Shown piece by piece: positions 1-8,632 of a DNA stretch of 32,000 nt (positions are counted from its first letter, which is position 1; each line of letters starts with the position of its first letter). Location of the stretch: NCBI RefSeq assembly GCF_000008665.1, contig NC_000917.1, positions 1,380,001-1,412,000 of the forward strand, read 5' to 3'. Position numbers and translations under genes: made by a program. The stretch is from Archaeoglobus fulgidus DSM 4304. Lineage in GTDB: Archaea > Halobacteriota > Archaeoglobi > Archaeoglobales > Archaeoglobaceae. Under the pieces are notes generated by a model. It ran no database searches. It was not told where the DNA came from and saw only the letters and a program-made list of their open reading frames with translations.

Positions 1-892
1 TTTTTTCTTCCTTCCTGTAAACCAGGGTAAAATCCTGAGGCTCTTTGGTTGCAATCAGCGGCTCGAGTTTCTTTAAACCAACGTAGTAAACATTGATAAC
101 ACCCAGTAAATCCCCCCTCTTTATTTCCCCATCATCAACAGCAAGAAATACAGCCTGCTCAATATTCTTTGGCTCCTCAACTCTTCTCGGTTTTCCAAGC
201 TGCACAACGTCAACTACAACTCCGTAGGGATTTCTGGATATGGAAAGCGGAACGACCACAGTGTTTGGGGGTAACTCAACGTTTCTGATTTTCACTCTCA
301 AAACATCCCCAGCCCTCACCCCAACATCTTCGTCCGCAACCAGGGGCTCCCAAACTCCCACATGTGTTCTTGTGTACCCAAAAACTTTCGTAGAAATTTT
401 CTCCCTGTAAATGTTTCCGTCGTCCCTCCACGTAATGTTTGCCTCAACAATCTCTTCCCTCAGCTCAACCTTGGTCGGTTTGAGGTTAAAGAGCCTCGAA
501 ATTAGGCCCGTTTTTATGAAAAACACCTTCAGAACACCGACTATATCACCCTCCCTTACCACACCATCATCAACAGGGAGAAAAACCACTCTCTGGATGC
601 ACTTTTCGTCCTCAACCCTCGTCGGTATTCCGCATTCGACGACATCCAGCACGGTGCCAAGAGCGTGTCTCATAATGTGCAGGGGGCCGACCATAGTCCC
701 CCCGGGAATTGTGAAGGGTCTTACCTCAATAATCTCGGGCTCCCCTTTTTTCACCTCGACGTCATCCATCGCGATCAGCGTCTTCCACTGAGTCAAAGGA
801 ATGATTCTGTAGCCAAAAGGCTTAAGCTCAACCTTGAGGCTACCCCTCTCACCCCCAACCTCGTCTGTCCAGTACTTCATCTTTACGGCCAT
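1..892 (-). CDS. DUF22-like archaeal protein with at least two internal homologous modules; truncated by the left window edge
   Basis: Manual reverse-strand translation from ATG at 892 (MAVKMKYWTDEVGGERGSLKVELKPFGYRII...) stays open to position 1. Two similar segments, GPLHIMRHALGTVLDVVECGIPTRVEDEKCIQRVVFSLPVDDGVVREGDIVGVLKVFF and VPLSISRNPYGVVVDVVQLGKPRRVEEPKNIEQAVFLAVDDGEIKRGDLLGVINVYY, are visible. The DUF22 assignment is from memory. Confidence 0.7.
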   Translation of the reverse strand, partial: MAVKMKYWTDEVGGERGSLKVELKPFGYRIIPLTQWKTLIAMDDVEVKKGEPEIIEVRPFTIPGGTMVGPLHIMRHALGTVLDVVECGIPTRVEDEKCIQRVVFLPVDDGVVREGDIVGVLKVFFIKTGLISRLFNLKPTKVELREEIVEANITWRDDGNIYREKISTKVFGYTRTHVGVWEPLVADEDVGVRAGDVLRVKIRNVELPPNTVVVPLSISRNPYGVVVDVVQLGKPRRVEEPKNIEQAVFLAVDDGEIKRGDLLGVINVYYVGLKKLEPLIATKEPQDFTLVYRKEEK

Positions 893-1024
893 ACAACCAC
901 CTTTTCAACAATAGATTATGTTAATTTTTTGTTATATATAAATATTTCCTCAACGGAGCGGTACTAACGGGCAAGTGCGTTCACATAATTTCGCAAAGTT
1001 TTTATCTCACTTTTTAACACTTTA

Positions 1025-1444
1025 TCAAAGAAAAACTACGAGCCTCGAAATGAGGTCGAGTGAAACGAAAAGCAGTCCTATCTCTACGCCGAAAACAGAC
1101 ACGGCTACTGGGGCAAGGAAAAGTAGGGCTGCCCTGAAACCTCTTGGAAGCATAGAAAGTGCCGCTGAGCAAGCCGTTTCCCTAAAGCTCAGTTTTCCTG
1201 CCCTGTACATCGCAGATAGTGACGAAATCCCAACTATCGGGTGAATTAAGAATGACGCTATGGCAAATCCGCTTTTCAGCTTTGAGAACCTTATGAGGTT
1301 GTTTATGAACTCACCAACCCTGCTGAACTGGGGGAGGGAAAAGGGGGCGTTTGATAGTATTAGGCTGACAAGCATTATCGGAACTACCTTTGACATTAGC
1401 GTTAGTGTTTGCAGCAGGGCGTAGTTCACGTCCACCCTCCCCAA
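1025..1444 (-). CDS. Predicted multi-spanning membrane protein, nucleoside-recognition/Gate-like domain
   Basis: 139-aa ORF with hydrophobic helices; the segment HPIVGISSLSAMYRAGKLSFRETACSAALSMLPRG resembles Gate-domain proteins. The start is uncertain (TTG at 1444 or a nearby GTG). Confidence 0.6.
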   Translation of the reverse strand: MGRVDVNYALLQTLTLMSKVVPIMLVSLILSNAPFSLPQFSRVGEFINNLIRFSKLKSGFAIASFLIHPIVGISSLSAMYRAGKLSFRETACSAALSMLPRGFRAALLFLAPVAVSVFGVEIGLLFVSLDLISRLVVFL

Positions 1445-1632
1445 TCGCCTTGGGGTTTATTAAGCTTTGAACTCCTGCCGAACTCACAGTTCTTTGACGA
1501 TGGAAAATTACCCCTAACCGCGTCTATACTAAAGGTATTAAGCTTCTACCAAACTCAACTGTAACCAACCCTTTAATCCATTTGCAAAAAGCCTTAAATA
1601 TACTTCCGGTGTCAGTGAGAAGGGGATCGACA

Positions 1633-1926
1633 ATGGGATGGAAGTCACACGGTTTCAGGTTCAAATCGGGAAGAAAGCTCAGAAAGAAGGTCAGGGAAAA
1701 GGGAGTGAGAATCAGGAAGTTCCTTCAGACCTTTGACGTTGGCCAGAGAGTTCACATAGACATCGAGCCCGCATCTCAGAAAGGGATGCCGCATCCAAGA
1801 TTTCAGGGGAGAACTGGTGTCGTGATAGGACAGAGGGGCAGAGCCTACCTCGTGCAGGTTAGGGACGGGGGAAAAATGAAGACCCTGATTGTAAGGCCCG
1901 AGCACCTCAAACCACAGAGTGGTTGA
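1633..1926 (+). CDS. rpl21e: 50S ribosomal protein L21e
   Basis: MGWKSHGFRFKSGRKLRKKVREKGVRIRKFLQTFDVGQRVHIDIEPASQKGMPHPRFQGRTGVVIGQRGRAYLVQVRDGGKMKTLIVRPEHLKPQ is characteristic of archaeal L21e. The internal ATG at 1633 is preferred over the 1582 start in the track. Confidence 0.95.
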   Translation: MGWKSHGFRFKSGRKLRKKVREKGVRIRKFLQTFDVGQRVHIDIEPASQKGMPHPRFQGRTGVVIGQRGRAYLVQVRDGGKMKTLIVRPEHLKPQSG

Positions 1927-1927
1927 A

Positions 1928-2278
1928 ATGTTTAAAGAGGTTAGGGATTTTGAATACATCACAATTTCTGAAGCGAAAGAAATAATGGAAGAAATAGCCA
2001 AAAAAAGGCAGGAGGAGGCCGAGCTTTTGTTTGAAACCAGGAGGGCTTTAAAGCACCTCCGCCTTTTCGCCAAACTTCCGGCAGATAAGGCAAAGGAGCT
2101 TGTTGATGAGCTTGTCAAACTGCCCCAGGTGGGCAGCAAGGAGATAGCCGTAAAGCTTGCGGATATAATGCCGCGAATACCTGACGAAGTGAGGATTATT
2201 TACGCTAAGGAAAGAGTTACTCTGACACCCGAGCAAATTCAGGAAATTCTGGACGTCATCGACAAGTATCGTATTTAA
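1928..2278 (+). CDS. rpoF: DNA-directed RNA polymerase subunit F (Rpo4/RpoF)
   Basis: MFKEVRDFEYITISEAKEIMEEIAKKR...AKELVDELVKLPQVGSKEIAVKLADIMPRIPDEVRIIYAKERVTLTPEQIQEILDVIDKY. It lies directly after rpl21e, which is conserved archaeal synteny. Confidence 0.9.
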   Translation: MFKEVRDFEYITISEAKEIMEEIAKKRQEEAELLFETRRALKHLRLFAKLPADKAKELVDELVKLPQVGSKEIAVKLADIMPRIPDEVRIIYAKERVTLTPEQIQEILDVIDKYRI

Positions 2279-2326
2279 GAAAAACATAAATAGTTACAGC
2301 ACTATTTTGAAAAAGGAGCTGATGCT

Positions 2327-2914
2327 ATGGAGAAGCCAAAAGTAGAAAGGTCTGAAGGTAAGGAAAAACTTGAGGATTACGCTTATGTACTTGATTTCAT
2401 GCCATACGGTCATCCTGACGATAAAAGGCCAATACACAGGAGGGAGCCGCTCGCACAAGTCGTTGGGGAGAGAAACTTTACACTTCTCGAGGTTAGCATA
2501 AGAAAGGGTAAGCAGCCCCTGGTAATGGACAGAGTTTACATCGGCAAGGGGGAGAGAGATGTAGTGTACAAGATCAAGAGAAGGCTGAGATACGAGGATT
2601 TAACTCCTGCCGCAAAGACTGAGCTGCCTTACGTTATCGAGCACATAATAAAGCAGGATGAGAAGAAGTACGTGGATTTCTTCAACAAGGCCGATTCCAT
2701 AACAACGAGAATGCACCAGCTCGAGCTTCTTCCCGGCGTTGGAAAGAAGATGATGTGGGCAATAATCGAGGAGAGGAAAAAGAGGCCCTTTGAGAGTTTT
2801 GAAGACATAGCCCAGAGAGTCAAGGGCATTCAGAGGCCCGAAAAGCTAATCGTCAGCAGAATTATATACGAAATCAAGAATCCTCAAACCAAGTACAAGC
2901 TCTTTACTGCTTGA
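2327..2914 (+). CDS. DUF655 family predicted RNA-binding protein with helix-hairpin-helix motif
   Basis: 195 aa: YAYVLDFMPYGHPDD...VVGERNFTLLEVSIRKGKQPLVMDRVYIGKGERD...LELLPGVGKKMMWAIIEERKKRPFESFEDIAQRV. It follows rpoF, as in many archaea. Confidence 0.88.
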   Translation: MEKPKVERSEGKEKLEDYAYVLDFMPYGHPDDKRPIHRREPLAQVVGERNFTLLEVSIRKGKQPLVMDRVYIGKGERDVVYKIKRRLRYEDLTPAAKTELPYVIEHIIKQDEKKYVDFFNKADSITTRMHQLELLPGVGKKMMWAIIEERKKRPFESFEDIAQRVKGIQRPEKLIVSRIIYEIKNPQTKYKLFTA

Positions 2915-2948
2915 AAAAATTAATATATTTTTTCGTTCTGCTATTCTC

Positions 2949-3266
2949 ATGGGGATGATCGGCGAAATAACAACATTCTTTGGGATGAGGGTATTCACAG
3001 ATGAGGGAAGGTACGTTGGCAGAGTTGAAGATGTTATTCTCGACCAGAACACAAAATCGATCAGGGGGCTGGCAATATCGGACTACAACAAGGCCCTTAT
3101 AGACTCCCATGCAAAGGGGGTTATCATCCCGTACAGGGTCGTTAAGGCAGTGGGGGACATCATAATAATCAAAGACCTCTTTAAGAGAAAGTCGAGAGTG
3201 CTTGACTACGAGTCCAGGGAGCTCATTGAAGAGGAGGGAGAAGAAGGAGAAGAATGGCAAGAATAA
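2949..3266 (+). CDS. PRC-barrel domain protein
   Basis: FFGMRVFTDEGRYVGRVEDVILDQNTKSIRGLAISDYNKALIDSHAKGVIIPYRVVKAVGDIIII matches the archaeal PRC-barrel pattern; acidic C-terminal tail. Confidence 0.8.
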   Translation: MGMIGEITTFFGMRVFTDEGRYVGRVEDVILDQNTKSIRGLAISDYNKALIDSHAKGVIIPYRVVKAVGDIIIIKDLFKRKSRVLDYESRELIEEEGEEGEEWQE

Positions 3267-4059
3267 TCACGAAAATTCCGGCAACCAGCCTGAAACTTAT
3301 CCTTTCTTTCAGAAATATCGCCCCAAAAATTGCCGCAAAAACCGGTGAAGTGGAGGAGGGCTGAACAACGTTCCAAGAGCTCGACACTTTTATTGCCGTA
3401 ATGAAAAGCATAATCCCCAAAAGGAGAAAAATCCCCCTAACACTCCTGAAAAATAACCGAATCTCTGTTGAAAGCTCATCCTTTTTTGCCGTAAAGCTAA
3501 GAAGAATCAAGCATAGGAGCAGCCTAACGAACGCAACAATCGAGACGGGCAGTCTGTCCGTGAGAAAGTCGAGAGTCAGAATGGCCAGAGCCCACGAAAA
3601 AGCTGCGAGGAGGGCGTAAAACAACCCTGATGTTTCCCCTTTCTCCCCTGATCCGTAAATGATGTACACAGCCACAAACACTAAGATTGCGGAAATCAAA
3701 GCATTTAAGCTCAGTTCAGCACCGTAAATAACAGTTGATAGCAAAACAACGTAAACGGGATAAGTCGAGGAGGCCGGAAGGGCTATGCTCACCGGCGACC
3801 TTTTCAGAGATGCGAAGTAGCTCAAATCACCTATATAGAACGAGAGCATCGCTGAAATAACGAGAACGAGAGCGGTTTGAAGGTCTATAACTACTCCCGG
3901 AAAGTCGCGCAATGCGAGAGGAAGGAAGTAAACTGTGGCGAAGAGCGTTCGGTGGAAGTTTGCCGTGAAGGCGCTGACGTCCTTCACACCCTTCCTGTAA
4001 GCTATCCCGTTAAAGGCCCAGCAAATGGCAGCCGTTAGAGACATCAGAATTTCAAGCAC
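3223..4059 (-). CDS. EamA/DMT-family transporter
   Basis: 278 aa, about ten hydrophobic segments, two related halves; ends ...APVFAAIFGAIFLKERISFRLVAGIFVIILAI-type motif. Confidence 0.85.
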   Translation of the reverse strand: MLEILMSLTAAICWAFNGIAYRKGVKDVSAFTANFHRTLFATVYFLPLALRDFPGVVIDLQTALVLVISAMLSFYIGDLSYFASLKRSPVSIALPASSTYPVYVVLLSTVIYGAELSLNALISAILVFVAVYIIYGSGEKGETSGLFYALLAAFSWALAILTLDFLTDRLPVSIVAFVRLLLCLILLSFTAKKDELSTEIRLFFRSVRGIFLLLGIMLFITAIKVSSSWNVVQPSSTSPVFAAIFGAIFLKERISFRLVAGIFVIILAILLLLLPPLQ

Positions 4060-4236
4060 AAGGTTTAGGCTCCACTGTTGCTTATAGCCTTTACCAGTTA
4101 TCTAAAATTTAAAATTAATAATCGTTGCTTTTTCAACGAGAACTTAAATTTTTTTATTTCTACGTTCAAAACGCTAAAAAACGCATAAAATTCCTGCAAA
4201 AAGGTTGAAGAGCTTTTAGGGCAAAAATCAAAAGAT

Positions 4237-4244
4237 TTATATAT
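4237..4244 (+). promoter_or_regulatory. Archaeal TATA box for the SCP2-like gene
   Basis: AAAAGATTTATATATG: purine-rich BRE-like stretch then TTTATATA, about 45 nt upstream of ATG 4285, with an AGAGGTGAT Shine-Dalgarno downstream. Confidence 0.6.
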
Positions 4245-4284
4245 GAAAGACCCTCATGATGAGTTGCAAAAAGAGGTGATGTAA

Positions 4285-4635
4285 ATGAGTGAGGCAAAGG
4301 AATTGATTAAGAAGATGTGCGACCTCCAGAACAGCAACGAGGAGATTCAAAAGGAAATGGCCGGTTGGAGCGGTGTCGTTCAGTACAAGCTCGATGGCGA
4401 GGAGTTCTATGTTGAGTATAAGTCAGACGGAACCTGCGAATTTAAGGAGGGTGTTCACAGCTCCCCGACCTTTACGGTTGTCGCTCCTCCAGACTTCTGG
4501 CTCGCCGTGCTCAAGGGACAGGAAGACCCGGTTAGCGGCTTCATGATGGGCAAGTACAGAATCGAAGGAAACATAATGGAAGCCCAGAGGCTTGCCGGAG
4601 TAATCAAGAAGTTCCAGGGCAAATTCGAGCTCTAA
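4285..4635 (+). CDS. SCP-2 sterol-transfer-like small protein
   Basis: 116 aa with GWSGVVQYKLDGEEFYVEYKSDGTCEFKEGVHSSPTFTVVAPPDFWLAVLKGQEDPVSGFMMGKYRIEGNIMEAQRL, a typical SCP2-like fold pattern. Confidence 0.8.
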   Translation: MSEAKELIKKMCDLQNSNEEIQKEMAGWSGVVQYKLDGEEFYVEYKSDGTCEFKEGVHSSPTFTVVAPPDFWLAVLKGQEDPVSGFMMGKYRIEGNIMEAQRLAGVIKKFQGKFEL

Positions 4636-4651
4636 TTTTTCTTTTTTGTTT

Positions 4652-4972
4652 TTACACTTCAAGATAGTACTTCGCGTGCCTGTCGGGAACGCTGTCTGCG
4701 GGCTCCTTTTCCCTGCTTAGGTAAAGGCCGCAGTAGCAACGTCCGTACTCCCTTATGTCGTCTTCTGCGTAAACGCAGGGGCATATTATGAGACGGTCAA
4801 CCTCCTTCTTGCCTGTTACAAGCCTGCAGGGGCAGGTTGCGATGCCGTACTGCTCTTTATTCTGAATTAAAGCCTTGGCGAAATCGAGCAAAAGCTCCCT
4901 ATCCGGGTTTACCCTCCAACCACGCTTCTCAGCCACTCTTTCAAAAACCTTCAGATAATCTTCTGGCGTCAA
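4652..4972 (-). CDS. Ferredoxin:thioredoxin reductase-like catalytic subunit (Fe-S)
   Basis: 106 aa with cysteine pattern CPCR...CPCVYAEDDIREYGRCYCGLYL, as in FTR catalytic subunits. Confidence 0.85.
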   Translation of the reverse strand: MTPEDYLKVFERVAEKRGWRVNPDRELLLDFAKALIQNKEQYGIATCPCRLVTGKKEVDRLIICPCVYAEDDIREYGRCYCGLYLSREKEPADSVPDRHAKYYLEV

Positions 4973-4981
4973 ACTCCCACC

Positions 4982-5230
4982 TCAGCCCCTGATTAGCTCT
5001 TTGAGCTTCTCTTCATTATATCCGAGAACGTGCTTATCCCCTTTTACCACAACTGGCACAGAATAGCTCCCGGAAATGCTGTGAACCTTCTCAATCACCT
5101 TCTTCCTCTCCTCACCCTCAAGCTTATCAATCCAGATTACTTCGAAGTCAACACCCTCTCTTTTCAGAAATTCGAGCGTCCTCTTGCAGTGCGGACATGT
5201 CGATAGCCCGTACATCAAAACCTCAGCCAT
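4982..5230 (-). CDS. Glutaredoxin-like protein (CPHC active site)
   Basis: 82 aa: VLMYGLSTCPHCKRTLEFLKREGVDFEVIWIDKLEG...YSVPVVVKGDKHVLGYNEEKLKELI. Confidence 0.9.
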   Translation of the reverse strand: MAEVLMYGLSTCPHCKRTLEFLKREGVDFEVIWIDKLEGEERKKVIEKVHSISGSYSVPVVVKGDKHVLGYNEEKLKELIRG

Positions 5231-5350
5231 GGTTATAGGAGGGCAGTCTATTTTTAATAACTTTGGTGAATTTGATTTTAATTCAAAGACGCTGTTTAGG
5301 CTCTTCGCTATTTTGCTGTGGTTAAGTTGTGGGGAAAAGCTTAGTCTAAA

Positions 5351-6106
5351 TTAAACCCCAACTTTTTTGAGAAACTTTTCAAGCGCCTCGTTGAATTCCA
5401 CGTGCTTTTCAAGCATTACCATGTGGCTGGCGCCAGGTATTACGACTAGTTCTGAATTTGGAATGTGCTTGTGAAAAAATTCGTGATACTTCAGCGGCGT
5501 TAGCTTGTCCTCCTCGCCGACAATTACGAGAGTTGGGACACCTATTTTCAACTTCCCGTTCCTGTAGTCTTCAAGCAAATCAAATCTATCACACAAACTG
5601 AGATCGAGGTGTAGCACATCAACTCTATCCAAGAACTCTCGTCTTTTCTTCTCGTATTCCTCTCCTTTGCTGGCAAACGCCATACTTAACATTAAGTCAA
5701 CCGCCTTTTCAGGTTCCTTTTTTAGGCCTTCCAAGATCTCAGGAAGAACCCTCAGCCTCGCTCCAGTCCCTACCAGAACGAGAGCCAAGCAGATTTCAGG
5801 ATTTCTAAGATATAATTTTTGAGCTACAGCCCCACCTAAGCTATGACCCACTACGACGGCTTTCCCAACGGTTTTCTTCAAGCTCTCACTGGCATAATAA
5901 GCGTATTCGTCAACCGAATTAACCTCCACGGTGTCGCTCTGGCCGTGATTGGGGAGGTCTATTGCGTAACCCCCGATTGCCGTCAACTGATTTACCCACT
6001 GAGTGGCGTCGCTCCCGGAGCTGTGTATGTAAAAAACTTTCCTCTCCCTCCCTTTGAGGAGAGAGACCTTTACTCCATCCACGTCGATGAATACTCTCTC
6101 CAGCAT
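5351..6106 (-). CDS. Alpha/beta hydrolase
   Basis: 251 aa with nucleophile elbow GHSLGG, VGEEDKLTP and PGASHM motifs. Confidence 0.9.
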   Translation of the reverse strand: MLERVFIDVDGVKVSLLKGRERKVFYIHSSGSDATQWVNQLTAIGGYAIDLPNHGQSDTVEVNSVDEYAYYASESLKKTVGKAVVVGHSLGGAVAQKLYLRNPEICLALVLVGTGARLRVLPEILEGLKKEPEKAVDLMLSMAFASKGEEYEKKRREFLDRVDVLHLDLSLCDRFDLLEDYRNGKLKIGVPTLVIVGEEDKLTPLKYHEFFHKHIPNSELVVIPGASHMVMLEKHVEFNEALEKFLKKVGV

Positions 6107-6139
6107 AGCTTTTCCCTCCTCAATATAAAAAAAATTAGA

Positions 6140-7600
6140 TCAATATGGAACGAGAACTAAACCGAGCGAGAGCGGAATGGTTGCCAATATCATCACGGAG
6201 ATCGTGTATCCAAAAACATCTCTGGCCCTTGTTCCCGTAAGTCCGAGGAGAGGAATCGCCCAGAATGGCTGGAAGAGGTTTGTCCAAGCGTCCCCTACAC
6301 CATAAGCAATTACGGTTTTTCCAATAGGCACACCCAGGGCAGCTGACGTTCTTGCTAAAATCTCTCCAACTGCTGCCCATTCTCCACCTCCAGAAGGTAT
6401 GAATATGTTTATCAGCCCTGCAATGTATAAACATATTGCCGGCCACGTAAACGGCGTTGCAACGCTCGCTATACTGTTGGCTATAACAGTTGCAAGATTT
6501 GGTCCCCCTGCAACAACTGCACTGTACCTCATCATTCCCATAATACCCGCATAGAACGGAAACTGAACCAGTATTCCTGCTACTGCTCCTGCCGCTCTGG
6601 TGATAGCCCTCATGTAAGCTATGGGATTCATGTAGAGAAGAAGGCCAACCATTATAAACGTAAAATTCAGCGAATTTAGGTTTAGTCCACCGAAAAAGCC
6701 TTTCTCGTAGAACCAGTAGCCCATCGTGATAATCCCCAATATGCTTATTAGTAGGGCGAGAACTTTACTGTTCTCAAGCTTGTCAGCAATCGTTACGCGC
6801 TCTTTACTTTTTTCTTTCAGCTCCTCTTCCTTTTCTTTCTTCACCAGCTCAATTATGTGTGGTGCAACTTTGTCTATTCCTTTCAATTCACCCCTGTTAG
6901 GCGCAAGCGCGTAATAAGCCAGTACCCCGAAAGAAATGATTATTGCCAGATTTATAAGAGTATATGGATGAAAGATGGTCTCGTTCAGCGGAACTGTCTC
7001 CCTGCCGAACAACTCCACGAAAACATCCTTTAGAAAGTGATTTGGCGTGTTAATCAATAATGGTGCAGAAGCCGATAAACCCCAATGCCAAGTAAGTCCT
7101 AAACCGGCATAACCGGCTGCTACTACAGCCGGATAGTGCAATGGCTTTCCTGTTCTGTAGAATTCAATTCCAATTGTTCTGGCCAAAATGGCCCCAACTA
7201 TAAGTCCAAGTCCCCAGTTTATCCAAGCTGCAATCATTGCAATAAGTGCCGTAAGAGCTGCAGCCGATTTAGTATCTGAAGGGAGTGTCGCTATCTTTTT
7301 CAAAATCCTGTAAACGATTGGATGATAGGCTATTGCATAACCGGTAACAAGAATCAAACACATTTGCATGGCGAAGGACAGGAGACCCCAGAAGCCTTTG
7401 TACCAAACATCCACGAGGAGCCACTTAACCATCGTTCCCGCATCCATCACTGTGTACGGCTTCATCACCACTATTACCAACAGATAAGTCACCAAAGTCA
7501 GAAGCAGAGCAAAGATTAATGGGTCCGGCATCCATTTCTCCACGCTTGCGCACAGTCTTGCTCCCATTCTCTCCAGGGCGCTGTACCGCCCATCCTCCAT
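6140..7600 (-). CDS. atoE: Short-chain fatty acid transporter, AtoE family
   Basis: 486 aa; WMPDPLIFALLLTLVTYLLVIVV..., LILVTGYAIA..., GGGEWAAVGEI, DAWTNLFQPFWAIPLLG are AtoE-family segments. GGGGGTGG Shine-Dalgarno upstream. Confidence 0.85.
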   Translation of the reverse strand: MEDGRYSALERMGARLCASVEKWMPDPLIFALLLTLVTYLLVIVVMKPYTVMDAGTMVKWLLVDVWYKGFWGLLSFAMQMCLILVTGYAIAYHPIVYRILKKIATLPSDTKSAAALTALIAMIAAWINWGLGLIVGAILARTIGIEFYRTGKPLHYPAVVAAGYAGLGLTWHWGLSASAPLLINTPNHFLKDVFVELFGRETVPLNETIFHPYTLINLAIIISFGVLAYYALAPNRGELKGIDKVAPHIIELVKKEKEEELKEKSKERVTIADKLENSKVLALLISILGIITMGYWFYEKGFFGGLNLNSLNFTFIMVGLLLYMNPIAYMRAITRAAGAVAGILVQFPFYAGIMGMMRYSAVVAGGPNLATVIANSIASVATPFTWPAICLYIAGLINIFIPSGGGEWAAVGEILARTSAALGVPIGKTVIAYGVGDAWTNLFQPFWAIPLLGLTGTRARDVFGYTISVMILATIPLSLGLVLVPY

Positions 7601-7756
7601 AATTCCACCCCCATTTTTGCCGTATTAATTTTTAGAATTATAATTTAAAAAAGTTTCTAAAGTGCAAATCTGCAATCAAACAAAACAAACCAAAATTTCA
7701 GCTACCCCATAATCTCAACAATCAAATAAATAAAAGAGAACAAAGCTTAAAACAGC

Positions 7757-8632
7757 TCACTCCAGCACTCTTCTGACCTCCTTCACCACATCCAGCAAAG
7801 TTTCCGCAACCCTCGCCCCTGCATCGCGTAGTGCAGCCATTTTCGCCTCTGCAGTCCCCGTACTCCCCTCGATTATTGCGCCGGCATGCCCCATTCTCTT
7901 CCCCGGTGGTGCCGTCCTTCCGGCAATGAATGCCACGACAGGCTTTGACATTTGCTTTATGAACTCCGCAGCCTTTTCCTCGGCTGTTCCACCTATTTCA
8001 CCAACCAGCAGAACAGCTTTGGTCTCTTCGTCCTCCTCAAACATTTTGAGAACGTCAACAAAGGTCAATCCAGGCATCGGGTCGCCCCCAATCCCCACAA
8101 CTGTGGACTGGCCAATCCCTGCCTTTGTAAGATTCTCGCAGATTTGATAGGTAAGAGTTCCGCTTCTCGAAACTACACCGAGATTGCCCTGTGTAAAGCT
8201 TCTGTCGGGCAGAAGACCTACCTTGGACCTCCCCGGACTTATAACACCGGGGCAGTTAGGGCCAAGGAGCATGGATTTCACTTCCCTGAGCTTCCTGTGA
8301 ATGAGCATCTCGTCGTAGAGAGGTATGCCCTCAGTAACGCACACAACAAGCCTCAGCCCTGCGTCGAAGGCCTCAAAAATGGCGTCGGTTGCAAAGCGTG
8401 CGGGAACGTAAATTATCGATGTGTCTGCATTTGTTTCTGCTACTGCCTCCTCCACAGTATTGTAAACGGGTATTCCGTGCACTTCACTACCGCCCTTTCC
8501 GGGTGTCACCCCTCCTACAACTTTGGTTCCGTAATCGAGCATTCTCTTTGCCTGGAAACTTCCCTGAAATCCGGTTATTCCCTGCACAATAACACGGGTG
8601 TTTTCATCAACAAGAATCGCCACATCCATCAC
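7757..8632 (-). CDS. sucD: Succinyl-CoA synthetase-like (ADP-forming) alpha subunit
   Basis: 291 aa; [35 protein letters not shown] and [18 protein letters not shown] with the phosphohistidine region. Confidence 0.95.
   Translation of the reverse strand: MMDVAILVDENTRVIVQGITGFQGSFQAKRMLDYGTKVVGGVTPGKGGSEVHGIPVYNTVEEAVAETNADTSIIYVPARFATDAIFEAFDAGLRLVVCVTEGIPLYDEMLIHRKLREVKSMLLGPNCPGVISPGRSKVGLLPDRSFTQGNLGVVSRSGTLTYQICENLTKAGIGQSTVVGIGGDPMPGLTFVDVLKMFEEDEETKAVLLVGEIGGTAEEKAAEFIKQMSKPVVAFIAGRTAPPGKRMGHAGAIIEGSTGTAEAKMAALRDAGARVAETLLDVVKEVRRVLE

Noticed and set aside
411-967. Plus-strand ORFs of 126 and 100 aa
   Set aside because: The minus-strand frame encodes a coherent repeated protein across the same region.
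1582-1632. Upstream 17-residue extension of L21e in the ORF track
   Set aside because: Not consistent with the L21e N-terminus (MGWKSHG...) and overlaps the likely TATA region.
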